Origin: Oligoflexales bacterium | GTDB lineage: Bacteria > Bdellovibrionota_B > Oligoflexia > Oligoflexales > Bog-1112 | NCBI GenBank assembly: GCA_045106415.1 | Contig: JBGCEP010000055.1 | Location: forward strand, 1-17,688 | Direction: 5' to 3' | DNA length: 17,688 bases | Shown: positions 1 to 8,759 of the stretch, in pieces | Layout: every line of letters starts with the position of its first letter | Numbering within the stretch: the stretch's first letter is position 1 | Made by a program: the position numbers and the translations under genes | The notes under the pieces: generated by a model | What the model was told of the DNA's origin: nothing | The model's input: the letters and a program-made list of their open reading frames with translations, nothing else | Database searches by the model: none

Positions 1-222
1 AACTGTCTCAAAAATTTTGGACATGTACGAACTGTTCTTCGCGGTATGATAGAGATATTAACGCTGATTTAAATTTAAAGATGGCCGCGAGCTGCACGGT
101 GTCAGTTTGTGGAGAAGAAAGCTCAGGATTTTCTCATATGAGAAAAATTGAACTATCTTCGTTGAAGCAAAAGTTTGATTTTAAATCTGCATAGGTAGAT
201 TTAAGTAAATTCACAACAGCGG
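1..222 (+). mobile_element. Right end of an IS200/IS605/IS607-superfamily element (IS607-like GG boundary)
   Basis: tnpB 3' end plus a subterminal hairpin, terminating in ...ACAGCGG. A GG end is typical of IS607-type serine-recombinase elements. tnpA and the left end are outside the window, so the family assignment is inferred. Confidence 0.65.
3..194 (+). CDS. tnpB: TnpB RNA-guided endonuclease, C-terminal fragment (5' part outside window)
   Basis: Frame +3 reads LSQKFWTCTNCSSRYDRDINADLNLKMAASCTVSVCGEESSG...SSLKQKFDFKSA* (TAG 192-194). W-x-C-x-x-C (second half of the Zn ribbon) followed by DRDxNA (RuvC-III) and a 'TVSxCGE...KQ' tail is the characteristic TnpB C-terminus. Confidence 0.92.
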   Translation: MSQKFWTCTNCSSRYDRDINADLNLKMAASCTVSVCGEESSGFSHMRKIELSSLKQKFDFKSA

Positions 223-238
223 TATGCTTTAATGCTTG
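85..238 (+). ncRNA. Putative TnpB omegaRNA (scaffold ~85-222, guide ~223-238)
   Basis: Nested stems overlap the tnpB 3' end: hairpin 85-99 with loop AGCTG; TTTGT 106-110 / GCAAA 167-171; 114-125 / 149-160 (10 of 12 pairs); palindrome TTTTCTCATATGAGAAAA 129-146; 181-190 / 195-204 (10 bp, one G-U). Loop GCTG (91-94) is complementary to CAGC (217-220), giving a pseudoknot just before GG 221-222. Confidence 0.75.
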
Positions 239-255
239 CAAAAAGTCATAAAAAC

Positions 256-1446
256 TTAAAAGTCGACGTTGTTTTTTTCTGTCGATATTTTTAGAGATAA
301 AATAATACAGCTCAAAGTTGCGGCCATGACTGATGCGTCAAAATATGTGTTTTGTGTCAACCCGTGTAAGAGATTTACCCCAATGAGGGAGCCGATAAGT
401 TTACGAAATGGTGGAAGCGGGAGAATGCGGTATGAACTTTGTACGATGATCCAACTACAAAATAAGATGAAACTAAATCCTAGAAAACCAATCTCAGATA
501 AGGTCTCAAGATATAATTGATGAGCGTTGTAGGTGATGTATGCTGGTGAATCATAAAAAATTTCAGCTGAATATTCAGGACGTAGTTTTGCGATAGCGTG
601 ATAACCGACGCCAGACCAAGGTCTGCTTAAGAAAATATTCCAATGAACTTCCCACAGTCGGAATCGAGGAGATGACCATGAAAAATGAAAAAATCGATCA
701 AGTAAACCTAAGAATTTAAGAATAAAAAAGCTAATTATAAGTAAAAATGATCCGTAGATAATTTTTTTATTTGAAAATGCAGCAAATAATAGAAAGCAAA
801 ATGCTATTAGAAGAGCAGATCTTCCTCCCGTAAGAATAAGAATTATGCCAGTACAAATAATGCTGTGAATTTTTAGAGTTTGGTGTGTTTTCTCACCTGG
901 AATGAAGAGTAGAAAAGTAAGCCACGTGAGACAAACAGATGCTAGACTCAAAGGGTGGCCATGAAATAATCGAATGCGATAATAGCCATCGTTTATTAGG
1001 TTCCCAGATCCTAAACCTTGAGGAAGCCGATAATCCCACCCGGTGAAATGCTGAAACAAAGCTATAAGAAGTATGACACTTAAGGATAAAGCACTGCTTA
1101 TCAAAAGCTTATGTGATGATAACGGTGGTGATTTATGATGAAAGGGGAGGCGCGGGATCGAACATATTAAAAAGCCAAAAATAAGCAGGGATGAGGGGAT
1201 ATGAGATCTTATCATGTCTTGAAAAATGACACCTTCAGTGGGTGATGTGAGCTGATTAAACGTGGATAAGATAGGAAAGATTCCCCAAATACCTATACAG
1301 CTTAAACCGATAGGCATCCAATTTTTTCCCTTTTCACGAGGTTGTGAAAGAAGAAAAATTGTTGTGCATAGGTATAAAGCAAAAGTCTGCCCAGCAATAC
1401 CTAGAAATAAACTCCAAGGAATGATCAAAAAGAAGATATTCATCAT
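256..1446 (-). CDS. O-antigen ligase family (Wzy_C/WaaL-like) membrane protein
   Basis: Multi-TM protein with ILTGGRSALL, R-x-x-LW...IFLSRPWSGVGY and NAHQLYLETLSEIGFLG (AHN-x-YL-like) motifs. May be a WaaL ligase or an O-oligosaccharyltransferase. Confidence 0.85.
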   Translation of the reverse strand: MMNIFFLIIPWSLFLGIAGQTFALYLCTTIFLLSQPREKGKNWMPIGLSCIGIWGIFPILSTFNQLTSPTEGVIFQDMIRSHIPSSLLIFGFLICSIPRLPFHHKSPPLSSHKLLISSALSLSVILLIALFQHFTGWDYRLPQGLGSGNLINDGYYRIRLFHGHPLSLASVCLTWLTFLLFIPGEKTHQTLKIHSIICTGIILILTGGRSALLIAFCFLLFAAFSNKKIIYGSFLLIISFFILKFLGLLDRFFHFSWSSPRFRLWEVHWNIFLSRPWSGVGYHAIAKLRPEYSAEIFYDSPAYITYNAHQLYLETLSEIGFLGFSFILFCSWIIVQSSYRILPLPPFRKLIGSLIGVNLLHGLTQNTYFDASVMAATLSCIILSLKISTEKNNVDF

Positions 1447-1580
1447 GCACCTAGGTTTAAACTAAATGCTGACCATAGCACTTATCAGTATTTGTGAATA
1501 GTTTTCAGTAGGTAACTTTCACGATTGTTTTAATTTTGATAGGATGGCCAGGTCTGCTATCTATGATTTGAGAGATAAAT

Positions 1581-2585
1581 GTGATGAGTGATGTGTTGCT
1601 AAAAGTCTCTGATTTGCGTGTTGATTTCCGTGTCGACGGAGTCAGCCACGCTGCTATTGATGGAGTCGATTTTGTTTTACATAAAGGTCAAACATTAGGC
1701 TTGGTCGGAGAGTCTGGGTGTGGAAAATCTTTAACATCACTTGCTATCATGAACCTTTTGCCCTCAGGGGGGAAACTTACTAGAGGTTCTATTTTTTTGG
1801 ATCACCAAGATTTGGTGAAACTAAGCCCTTCTGCAATGACTTCGATTCGAGGGCGCCGTATTGCAATGATTTTTCAAGAACCCATGACAGCCTTAAACCC
1901 TGCTTATACTGTTGGTATGCAGATAGGGGAGGTTTTTCAAGTGCATCAAGGGTACTCCAAAAAACAATCACTCCAAGCGAGTATTGAAATGTTGGCTCTT
2001 GTTGGTATCCCTGATCCTAAAAAAAGAGTGTTCGAATACCCTCATCAGTTAAGTGGTGGTATGCGACAAAGGGTTATGATTGCTATTGCTTTAGCGTGCC
2101 GTCCCGACGTTCTTATTGCTGACGAACCGACGACAGCCTTAGATGTTACGATCCAAGCTCAGATCCTTGATTTAATGAAAAATTTACAAAAAGAACTTGG
2201 GATGGCCATGCTTTTTATCACGCACGATCTTGGTGTTGTGGCTCAAGTGTGTGATGAAATGGCTGTTATGTATTCAGGGCGTGTTATTGAGCAAGGTAAA
2301 ACACAAGATATTTTTGATAACCCTCGGCACCCTTATACAAAAGGTTTATTGAGTTCTCGAGTTACTTTACAAACACCTATTGATCAACCGCTGAAAACGA
2401 TTGCAGGTTCTGTGCCTATCTTAGGGCAGTGGCCTCAAGGGTGCCGTTTTGCAAATCGTTGTGAAAAAGTTTCACCACAGTGCCAGATCCTTCCGCAGCT
2501 TACTAACATTGCAGATAGGCATGCTGTGAGTTGTCATCACAGTTATGATGCATATGGGATGCACCCTATAGATTATAGCGCTTAA
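1581..2585 (+). CDS. oppD: Peptide ABC transporter ATP-binding subunit (OppD/DppD)
   Basis: Walker [33 protein letters not shown], Walker [12 protein letters not shown], and a C-terminal HPYT + GCRF..RC..C..C domain. Start is GTG 1581 or ATG 1584. Confidence 0.95.
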   Translation: MMSDVLLKVSDLRVDFRVDGVSHAAIDGVDFVLHKGQTLGLVGESGCGKSLTSLAIMNLLPSGGKLTRGSIFLDHQDLVKLSPSAMTSIRGRRIAMIFQEPMTALNPAYTVGMQIGEVFQVHQGYSKKQSLQASIEMLALVGIPDPKKRVFEYPHQLSGGMRQRVMIAIALACRPDVLIADEPTTALDVTIQAQILDLMKNLQKELGMAMLFITHDLGVVAQVCDEMAVMYSGRVIEQGKTQDIFDNPRHPYTKGLLSSRVTLQTPIDQPLKTIAGSVPILGQWPQGCRFANRCEKVSPQCQILPQLTNIADRHAVSCHHSYDAYGMHPIDYSA

Positions 2586-2600
2586 GAAAGAGAGAGAGGC

Positions 2601-3566
2601 ATGGATGAAATTCTAACTGTTGATGGCCTCAAAACGTGGTTCCCTGTGCACGGAGGTGTTTTTCGTCGTGTTGTTGCTCAAGTTCATGCAGTCGACGGAG
2701 TGAGTTTTTCTTTACGAAAAGGAGAAACACTAGGGATTGTAGGAGAGTCAGGTTGCGGAAAATCGTCATTAGGAAAAACTCTTATTGGTTTAAACAAACC
2801 AACATCAGGGAGAATTAAGTTCCTTGAAAATTCTTTAGAATCATTAACACATAAGGAATGGAAATCTTATTATAGAAAAATGTCCATGATATTCCAAGAT
2901 CCATTTAGTTCTCTTGATCCACGGATGACTGTTGAAAAATTAATTTCCGAGCCATTAGTGATACAAGGGATAGGAGATGATTCTTCAAGGAAGAAGAAAG
3001 TGGCGTCTCTTGTAGAAAGAGTTGGACTATCTCTAGAATCTTTAAATCGTTACCCTCATGAATTTAGTGGTGGGCAAAGACAGAGAATTGGTATTGCAAG
3101 AGCATTAGCGACTTCACCCTCGCTATTGATTGCAGATGAACCTGTCGCAGCTTTAGATGTATCTGTACAAGCACAGGTTTTAAATCTTTTGAGAGAGCTT
3201 CGTGAGGAAATGAATTTATCGATGATTTTTATTTCTCATGATTTAGGTGTTGTTCGTTTTTTATGTGATCGAGTTGCTGTTATGTATCTTGGGGTGATTG
3301 TTGAAATTGGGTCTCGTGATGATATTCAAAAAAACGCGCAACATCCATATACACAGGCCCTTATGTCAGCAGTTCCTCCTGAAAATCCTTGGAGTACTGT
3401 AGACAGGCAAGTCTTGCAAGGGGATGTGCCGAGCCCTATGGCTATCCCTTCAGGTTGTCGTTTTCATACTCGTTGCCCTCAAGCTGTAGCAATTTGTAAA
3501 GAAAAAATACCTAAAGTGAAAAATTTAAAAAGAGATCATCAAGTTGCATGCCATCTTATAGAATAG
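2601..3566 (+). CDS. oppF: Peptide ABC transporter ATP-binding subunit (OppF/DppF)
   Basis: [54 protein letters not shown] and GCRFHTRC motifs. RBS GAGG just upstream. Confidence 0.95.
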   Translation: MDEILTVDGLKTWFPVHGGVFRRVVAQVHAVDGVSFSLRKGETLGIVGESGCGKSSLGKTLIGLNKPTSGRIKFLENSLESLTHKEWKSYYRKMSMIFQDPFSSLDPRMTVEKLISEPLVIQGIGDDSSRKKKVASLVERVGLSLESLNRYPHEFSGGQRQRIGIARALATSPSLLIADEPVAALDVSVQAQVLNLLRELREEMNLSMIFISHDLGVVRFLCDRVAVMYLGVIVEIGSRDDIQKNAQHPYTQALMSAVPPENPWSTVDRQVLQGDVPSPMAIPSGCRFHTRCPQAVAICKEKIPKVKNLKRDHQVACHLIE

Positions 3567-3574
3567 AGGTTTTT

Positions 3575-5221
3575 ATGAAGTATTTATTTAGTTTTTTAGT
3601 TCTTTGGAGCACTTCTTTATGGGGTGGAAGTAAGTTGAATCTAAGGCTTTCTGCATGGCCTAAGTCAATGAATAAATTAACAAGTAGTGATGCCTATTTA
3701 TCTATGGTTGCACAATTTGTACATGCTACTTTAATTGAAACAGACCAAAAAACACTTGAGATTATTCCTTCTGTGGCACAGAAATGGACGGTATCAAAAG
3801 ATACGAAAACTGTTCATATGACACTAAACCCTAAGGCAACTTTTGATGATGGATCTGTCATAACAAGTGAAGATGTGCTTTTTACATTTAATCTTGTTTA
3901 TGACAAAAAAAAATGTGTACTGTGTGAATCAACTCGAACTTATATCGGCCCGGTAAAGGCTGTTTCTTTGGATAAGCATTCTATGCGATTTGATTTTGAA
4001 AGAGAGCATTTTGCAAATCTTCAGCGTTTAGAAAGTGTTCCTATTTTACAAAAAAAAGTTTATGAAAAAGGCGATTTTAACCGAGATTTCGATAGAACCT
4101 TATCTGGGGCAGGTCCTTATATTTATCATAAGAAAAAGTCTCGGTTCCGTAAAAAAATTGTTTTGAAAAAAAGAAAGAATCATTGGCATTTTGAACAAGA
4201 ATCTCATAGTGAAAGATCAAAATTTGACACTGTTGTTTTTAAATATATCCAAGATGATACAGTTGCTTTTGAGTCATTTAAAAAGAAGAGTCTAAGTGTT
4301 TTTTATTTTAGCCAGGCAACATATCGTTTTTGGGATCAAAAACAATCGTTTCCGTTTACAGATAAACAGGTTCAAAGGGTTGAAGCACCGCTTTTAAATC
4401 CATCACGTTGGGGTGGAATTGCTTTGAATATGCGGACCGGAATTTTAAAAGACAAAAAAATTCGTAAAGCTTTCCAACTTTTGCTTGATAGAGAAACAAT
4501 TACTCAAAAGAAATATGGAGGTCATGTACGCCCAGTTGTTGGCCCTTTTATGGAAGGGACGTCATACTCAGCTGGTTTGCCTGCTATTAAGTATCAACCT
4601 AAAAGTGCAGCTGCCTATTTAAAAGAAGCTGGTTTTGTCAAAATTGATGACCAAGGTGTCCTCTATCGCGAAATTATCGAAGAAGGAAAAAAAATTAAAC
4701 AACGAGCTAGCCTTGAGGTTTTATATGCAAATAAAGATCATGAAGCATGGCTCACTCTTTATAAAGCAGATGCGCGAGAGCAAGGAGTAGAAATCAAGCC
4801 TCGATTTTTAGACTGGAGTGCTCTGATTAAAAGTTTAGATGGGTTGGACTTTCAAGGGTGTGTCATAGGATGGGTAGGAGATCCTATACCTTCTCCCAAT
4901 CAGCTTTGGCATAGTCGGTCAGCAAAACAAAAAGGAACATCAAATATTTCAGGTTTTGAAGATGCTGAAGTTAACAAGTGGATTGAAGAGGGTACCTCTG
5001 AGCTACAAGTACAAAAAAGATATGAAATCTATCATAAAATGGAGCGTCGCATCGTTGATGAGCAGCCGTATATTTTTACTTGGACTGGTAATAAGCATTA
5101 TGCCTCTTACTGGAGCCATAAGGTAAATCCAACGGATTCACCTTTCCATAAGTTTAGTGGAAGCTTGGAAGTTGCCTCTTTCTTTCTTCATTGGCAACCA
5201 GGTCAACAGAGAAAATCTTAA
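3575..5221 (+). CDS. ABC transporter substrate-binding protein, family 5 (OppA/YejA-like)
   Basis: Start reassigned to ATG 3575 (GAGGT at 3566-3570, signal peptide MKYLFSFLVLWSTSLWG). Motifs PSVAQKW, ATFDDGSVITSEDVLFTF, GAGPY and LKDKKIRKA. Confidence 0.9.
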   Translation: MKYLFSFLVLWSTSLWGGSKLNLRLSAWPKSMNKLTSSDAYLSMVAQFVHATLIETDQKTLEIIPSVAQKWTVSKDTKTVHMTLNPKATFDDGSVITSEDVLFTFNLVYDKKKCVLCESTRTYIGPVKAVSLDKHSMRFDFEREHFANLQRLESVPILQKKVYEKGDFNRDFDRTLSGAGPYIYHKKKSRFRKKIVLKKRKNHWHFEQESHSERSKFDTVVFKYIQDDTVAFESFKKKSLSVFYFSQATYRFWDQKQSFPFTDKQVQRVEAPLLNPSRWGGIALNMRTGILKDKKIRKAFQLLLDRETITQKKYGGHVRPVVGPFMEGTSYSAGLPAIKYQPKSAAAYLKEAGFVKIDDQGVLYREIIEEGKKIKQRASLEVLYANKDHEAWLTLYKADAREQGVEIKPRFLDWSALIKSLDGLDFQGCVIGWVGDPIPSPNQLWHSRSAKQKGTSNISGFEDAEVNKWIEEGTSELQVQKRYEIYHKMERRIVDEQPYIFTWTGNKHYASYWSHKVNPTDSPFHKFSGSLEVASFFLHWQPGQQRKS

Positions 5222-5234
5222 GAAGGAGACCTGA

Positions 5235-6248
5235 ATGCAGGTTTACTTGATACGTCGTTTTCTTTTAATGGTTCCAACCTTATTTGGAATTTCTATATTG
5301 ATTTTTGGGCTTACACAAGTCGTCCCAGGTGGTCCTGTTGAGCGTATGCTTCAACAACTCAGGTTTGGTGGTGCAGGAGGAGGGGGGAATGCTTCTGCAG
5401 GTGTTACAGATGAGTTGATTGAAGATCTTAATCGCTTATATGGTTTTGATAAACCGGTGCATGAGCGTTATTTAAATTGGATTACTGATGTTGCACAGCT
5501 TAAATTTGGCGAATCCTATGAGTATCATGAGCCTGTATTAGATGTTATTACACAAAAACTTCCTGTGAGTTTAACGTTTGGTGTGTTTACTTTTTTTCTT
5601 GTTTACCTCATTTCAATTCCATTAGGTGTCTATAAAGCGGTCAAGGATGGATCTCGATTTGATGCTTGGTCATCTTTTCTTTTATTTTTCGCATATTCAA
5701 TACCGTCTTTTGCTTTGTGTGTTGTTTTTATCGTTTTATTTTGTGGAGGAAGTTTTTGGGATATTTTTCCAATGCAAGGCCTTGTATCAGATGAGTTTGA
5801 AGATTTGAGTCGCTGGGAGCAAATTAAAGACTATTTTCATCATATATTTTTACCTCTAAGTGCGTATGTTGTCGGGCAGTTCGCTCTTTCGACAATGATG
5901 ATGAAAAACTCATTTTTAGAGCAAATACGGCAAGATTATGTGAGGACAGCTTTTGCAAAAGGCCTAGGAGAAAAAGTTGTCTATATGAAGCATGTATTGA
6001 GAAATGCGTTGATTCCTATCGCAACTGAAATTGGAGAATTTGTTTCGATTTTCTTGATGGGATCTATACTTATAGAGCAAATTTTTGGTTTAGATGGTAT
6101 TGGTTTATTAAATTATGAGTCGATTATGACAAGAGATTACCCAGTTGTTCTTGCAATTATTATGATTGCTTCAGGTCTGAAAATGCTAGGTGTTCTTGTC
6201 TCTGATTTTCTTTATGTCATTTTAGACCCTAAAATCAGTTTTGATTAA
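5235..6248 (+). CDS. yejB: Peptide ABC permease, YejB/OppB-like
   Basis: YLIRRFLLMVPTLFGI...VPGGPVE, LNRLYGFDKP, DYVRTAFAKGL (EAA loop) and RDYPVV, a YejB-type N-terminus. RBS AAGGAG. Confidence 0.85.
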   Translation: MQVYLIRRFLLMVPTLFGISILIFGLTQVVPGGPVERMLQQLRFGGAGGGGNASAGVTDELIEDLNRLYGFDKPVHERYLNWITDVAQLKFGESYEYHEPVLDVITQKLPVSLTFGVFTFFLVYLISIPLGVYKAVKDGSRFDAWSSFLLFFAYSIPSFALCVVFIVLFCGGSFWDIFPMQGLVSDEFEDLSRWEQIKDYFHHIFLPLSAYVVGQFALSTMMMKNSFLEQIRQDYVRTAFAKGLGEKVVYMKHVLRNALIPIATEIGEFVSIFLMGSILIEQIFGLDGIGLLNYESIMTRDYPVVLAIIMIASGLKMLGVLVSDFLYVILDPKISFD

Positions 6249-6262
6249 ATAGGAGGTGCGCC

Positions 6263-7297
6263 ATGTGGGCTTGGTTGCAGAGGTATGATCCTTTATTTTA
6301 TAAAAGAATGAAGAGATTTGTCGGTATTGGTCGTGCTCGACGTGCTTTGATTCTTCTTTGCATAGGTTTTGTTTTAAGTCTTTTCGCTGAAATCATAGCA
6401 AATAAAAACCCTCTTGTTGTCAGTTATAAAGGAAGTCTTTATTTTCCTTTTTTAACTGTCTATCAAGGCCATGACTTTGGTTGGGATAGCGTTATTGAGC
6501 CACAGTATAAAGATCAAAAAGAAGAAATAGTTTCACATGGATGGTACCTTCCACCGTTAGTTTGGTGGGGTGTCAATGAAAGCAATGATGCTCTTGATCG
6601 TTACCCCTCACCCCCAGGGGTTGATAATTGGCTTGGTACTGATGATAGAGGAAGAGACGTCTTTGTCCGTTTACTTTATGGTTTTCGTCTTTCTATGATG
6701 TTTGCTGTTTTTACATTATTTGTCGCTCTTTTTTTAGGGACGATGATAGGTGGCCTTCAGGGTTTTTTTGGTGGGCTTGTAGATCTTATTGGGCAAAGAT
6801 TTGTTGAAATTTGGGTGAGTCTTCCGCCTATTTTTGTGGTGATTCTTATTGTCAATGTATTGCAACCGAATCTTTGGGTATTGCTTTTAACTATTTCGGC
6901 ATTTTCTTGGATTTCAGCGCAATACTATATCAGAGGGGAAAGTTTGCGGTTAAAAAATATGGATTACACACACGCAGCAAAAACCTTCGGGTCAACACGG
7001 TGGCAGATTTTCAAAAATCATATTGTCCCTAATGCTATGACTCCTATGATTACTCTTATTCCATTTGTTATGAATCAATCGATTTTATTTTTGTCTTTTT
7101 TAGATTTTATGGGATTAGGGGTTCAAGCTCCTACTGCTTCTATTGGTGAATTACTAAGACAGGGGCGAGAAAATTTTTTAGAAGCATGGTGGCTGGCATT
7201 TTTTCCTTTCTTTATTTTAGTTGTAACTCTTTTACTTTTGAGTTTTGTTGGAGAAGGTGTCCGTCAGGCATTTGACCCTAGAGCTGTGGAAGGTTGA
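6263..7297 (+). CDS. yejE: Peptide ABC permease, YejE/OppC-like
   Basis: LSLFAEIIANKNPLVVSY..LYFP, PSPP..NWLGTDDRGRDV..RLLYGFRLS, LDFMGLG and GEGVRQAFDPR. RBS AGGAGG. Confidence 0.85.
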   Translation: MWAWLQRYDPLFYKRMKRFVGIGRARRALILLCIGFVLSLFAEIIANKNPLVVSYKGSLYFPFLTVYQGHDFGWDSVIEPQYKDQKEEIVSHGWYLPPLVWWGVNESNDALDRYPSPPGVDNWLGTDDRGRDVFVRLLYGFRLSMMFAVFTLFVALFLGTMIGGLQGFFGGLVDLIGQRFVEIWVSLPPIFVVILIVNVLQPNLWVLLLTISAFSWISAQYYIRGESLRLKNMDYTHAAKTFGSTRWQIFKNHIVPNAMTPMITLIPFVMNQSILFLSFLDFMGLGVQAPTASIGELLRQGRENFLEAWWLAFFPFFILVVTLLLLSFVGEGVRQAFDPRAVEG

Positions 7298-7298
7298 T

Positions 7299-8735
7299 GT
7301 GCTTGTGCGATGTTTCCTATTTTTAGTATTGTGTTTTTCATTGTTGTTTTTTATCTATCAACCACGTCAAGAAACACAGCAGTCTGCAGTGATGAAAATG
7401 GCTATCTTTCATCCTTTAGATCGCGATTTGTGGAAAACCAAGTCAGTTGAATCAGAAATTGTTAAGCATCTTGTCTATCAAAATTTATGGGTGATGGATG
7501 ATATGCAAATTAAGCCCATTCTTGTTAAAAACATTCCAGAAAAACCCATTCAAGGTAAATGGGAATTTGAGTTAAAAGAAGGCCTTTTTTTTCATTCATC
7601 ATGTCAAAATGAAGTAAAAATCCCTTTGACAGCAGCTGACGTTAAAGAAAGTTTAGAATTATCTTTTCCTCAAAAATACTCTATAAAATTAAAAAATAAG
7701 TTTCAGTTCTCTATTTCGGGGGCAGAAAAAAACACTCTTTGGGATGACTTTGGATCCTCACAGGCTATGATTAGAAGAGTGTCGAGCTGTCAAACTATCG
7801 ATGGTACTGGATCCTATCTTTATCACGCCTCATCTTCAAAATTACAGCTTGTTGAAAGAAATAAAGAGTTAGAAAAAATAATTCCTGAAGAAATTATTTT
7901 GAAATTAGTAACGTCGCGCACCCAGGCAAAACAAGATTTTCAGCGTAATGATATTGATTTTATGGAAAGTGAAATTGAGTGTGTGTCATCTCTTCCTGAG
8001 GGAAATCCTGGTTTTAGAGCCCGAGAGTGCTTAGCAGAAAATTCTGAACTTTTATCTGTATTAGATGGCAGCCTAGGGTTTTTGTGGATGAATCATCAGA
8101 GGTCTCAATTACAGTCATTAGATGTGCGAAAATCTTTAGTGTTGTCTCTAAGTCCAGATGTGCTCTTGCGTGATAGTTTGTATGGAATGGCTGAAGTTTT
8201 TCCATATCAATTGATAGAGTCTGACCGTTTTTTTAGATTTAACTCCGATGAAGCGAGAATTTATACTCGAGAAATTATAAATCCCTTAAAATTTCTATGG
8301 ATAAAATCTTCTTTAGAATCATTGGGTCAAGCTCAAAAAATAAAAGAAGCATGGCAAAAAAGTGATATTAATGTTGATATTAGCTTGGTGTCTTCTGCTA
8401 TATGGAAAAAAAATATTTCAGAAAAATTGTTTGATATCACCCTTCTTCGCTCAGAGTATAAAGACTCTACTTTAGGGGCGGATCTTTTTTGTGGTGATTC
8501 TTTGTTTTTGAAAGATCAAGAATTTCAAAAATTATGTCTTTTGCTGCAAGAAGAAAATTCTATTAAACATCGTCACGATTATGTTCTTAAAATGCATGAA
8601 TACTTAGCTAAGAATTCCTACTGGATGCCTATTGTTAGATATCGAAGCAATTTTTTAGTGAAAAGAAAATTCTTCAAACCAATGAAGATTTTTTTGAATC
8701 ACTTAAAAATTTATAGAAATCTTTCTTCTTTTTAA
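7299..8735 (+). CDS. Divergent second family-5 substrate-binding protein with N-terminal membrane anchor
   Basis: Likely start is GTG 7299 (or 7305) after GGAAGG, just past the yejE stop. Hydrophobic N-terminus; recognisable SBP5 remnants WEFELKEGLFFH, LTAADVKESL, GTGSY and DVRKSL. Confidence 0.7.
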   Translation: MLVRCFLFLVLCFSLLFFIYQPRQETQQSAVMKMAIFHPLDRDLWKTKSVESEIVKHLVYQNLWVMDDMQIKPILVKNIPEKPIQGKWEFELKEGLFFHSSCQNEVKIPLTAADVKESLELSFPQKYSIKLKNKFQFSISGAEKNTLWDDFGSSQAMIRRVSSCQTIDGTGSYLYHASSSKLQLVERNKELEKIIPEEIILKLVTSRTQAKQDFQRNDIDFMESEIECVSSLPEGNPGFRARECLAENSELLSVLDGSLGFLWMNHQRSQLQSLDVRKSLVLSLSPDVLLRDSLYGMAEVFPYQLIESDRFFRFNSDEARIYTREIINPLKFLWIKSSLESLGQAQKIKEAWQKSDINVDISLVSSAIWKKNISEKLFDITLLRSEYKDSTLGADLFCGDSLFLKDQEFQKLCLLLQEENSIKHRHDYVLKMHEYLAKNSYWMPIVRYRSNFLVKRKFFKPMKIFLNHLKIYRNLSSF

Positions 8736-8759
8736 AATCCATCACAATTTGTAATAAAT

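Noticed and set aside
3548..3574. ORF-track start of the SBP at 3548 (likewise 7245 and 13637 for later genes)
   Set aside because: Downstream starts at 3575, 7299 and 13685 have clear RBSs and give proper N-termini.
3..5221. oppF-associated TldR (nuclease-dead TnpB repressor targeting oppA)
   Set aside because: The tnpB is separated from the opp genes by a ligase gene and retains the RuvC-III Asp. By eye I found no match to the predicted guide in the operon or elsewhere in the window. This cannot be fully excluded without the upstream sequence.
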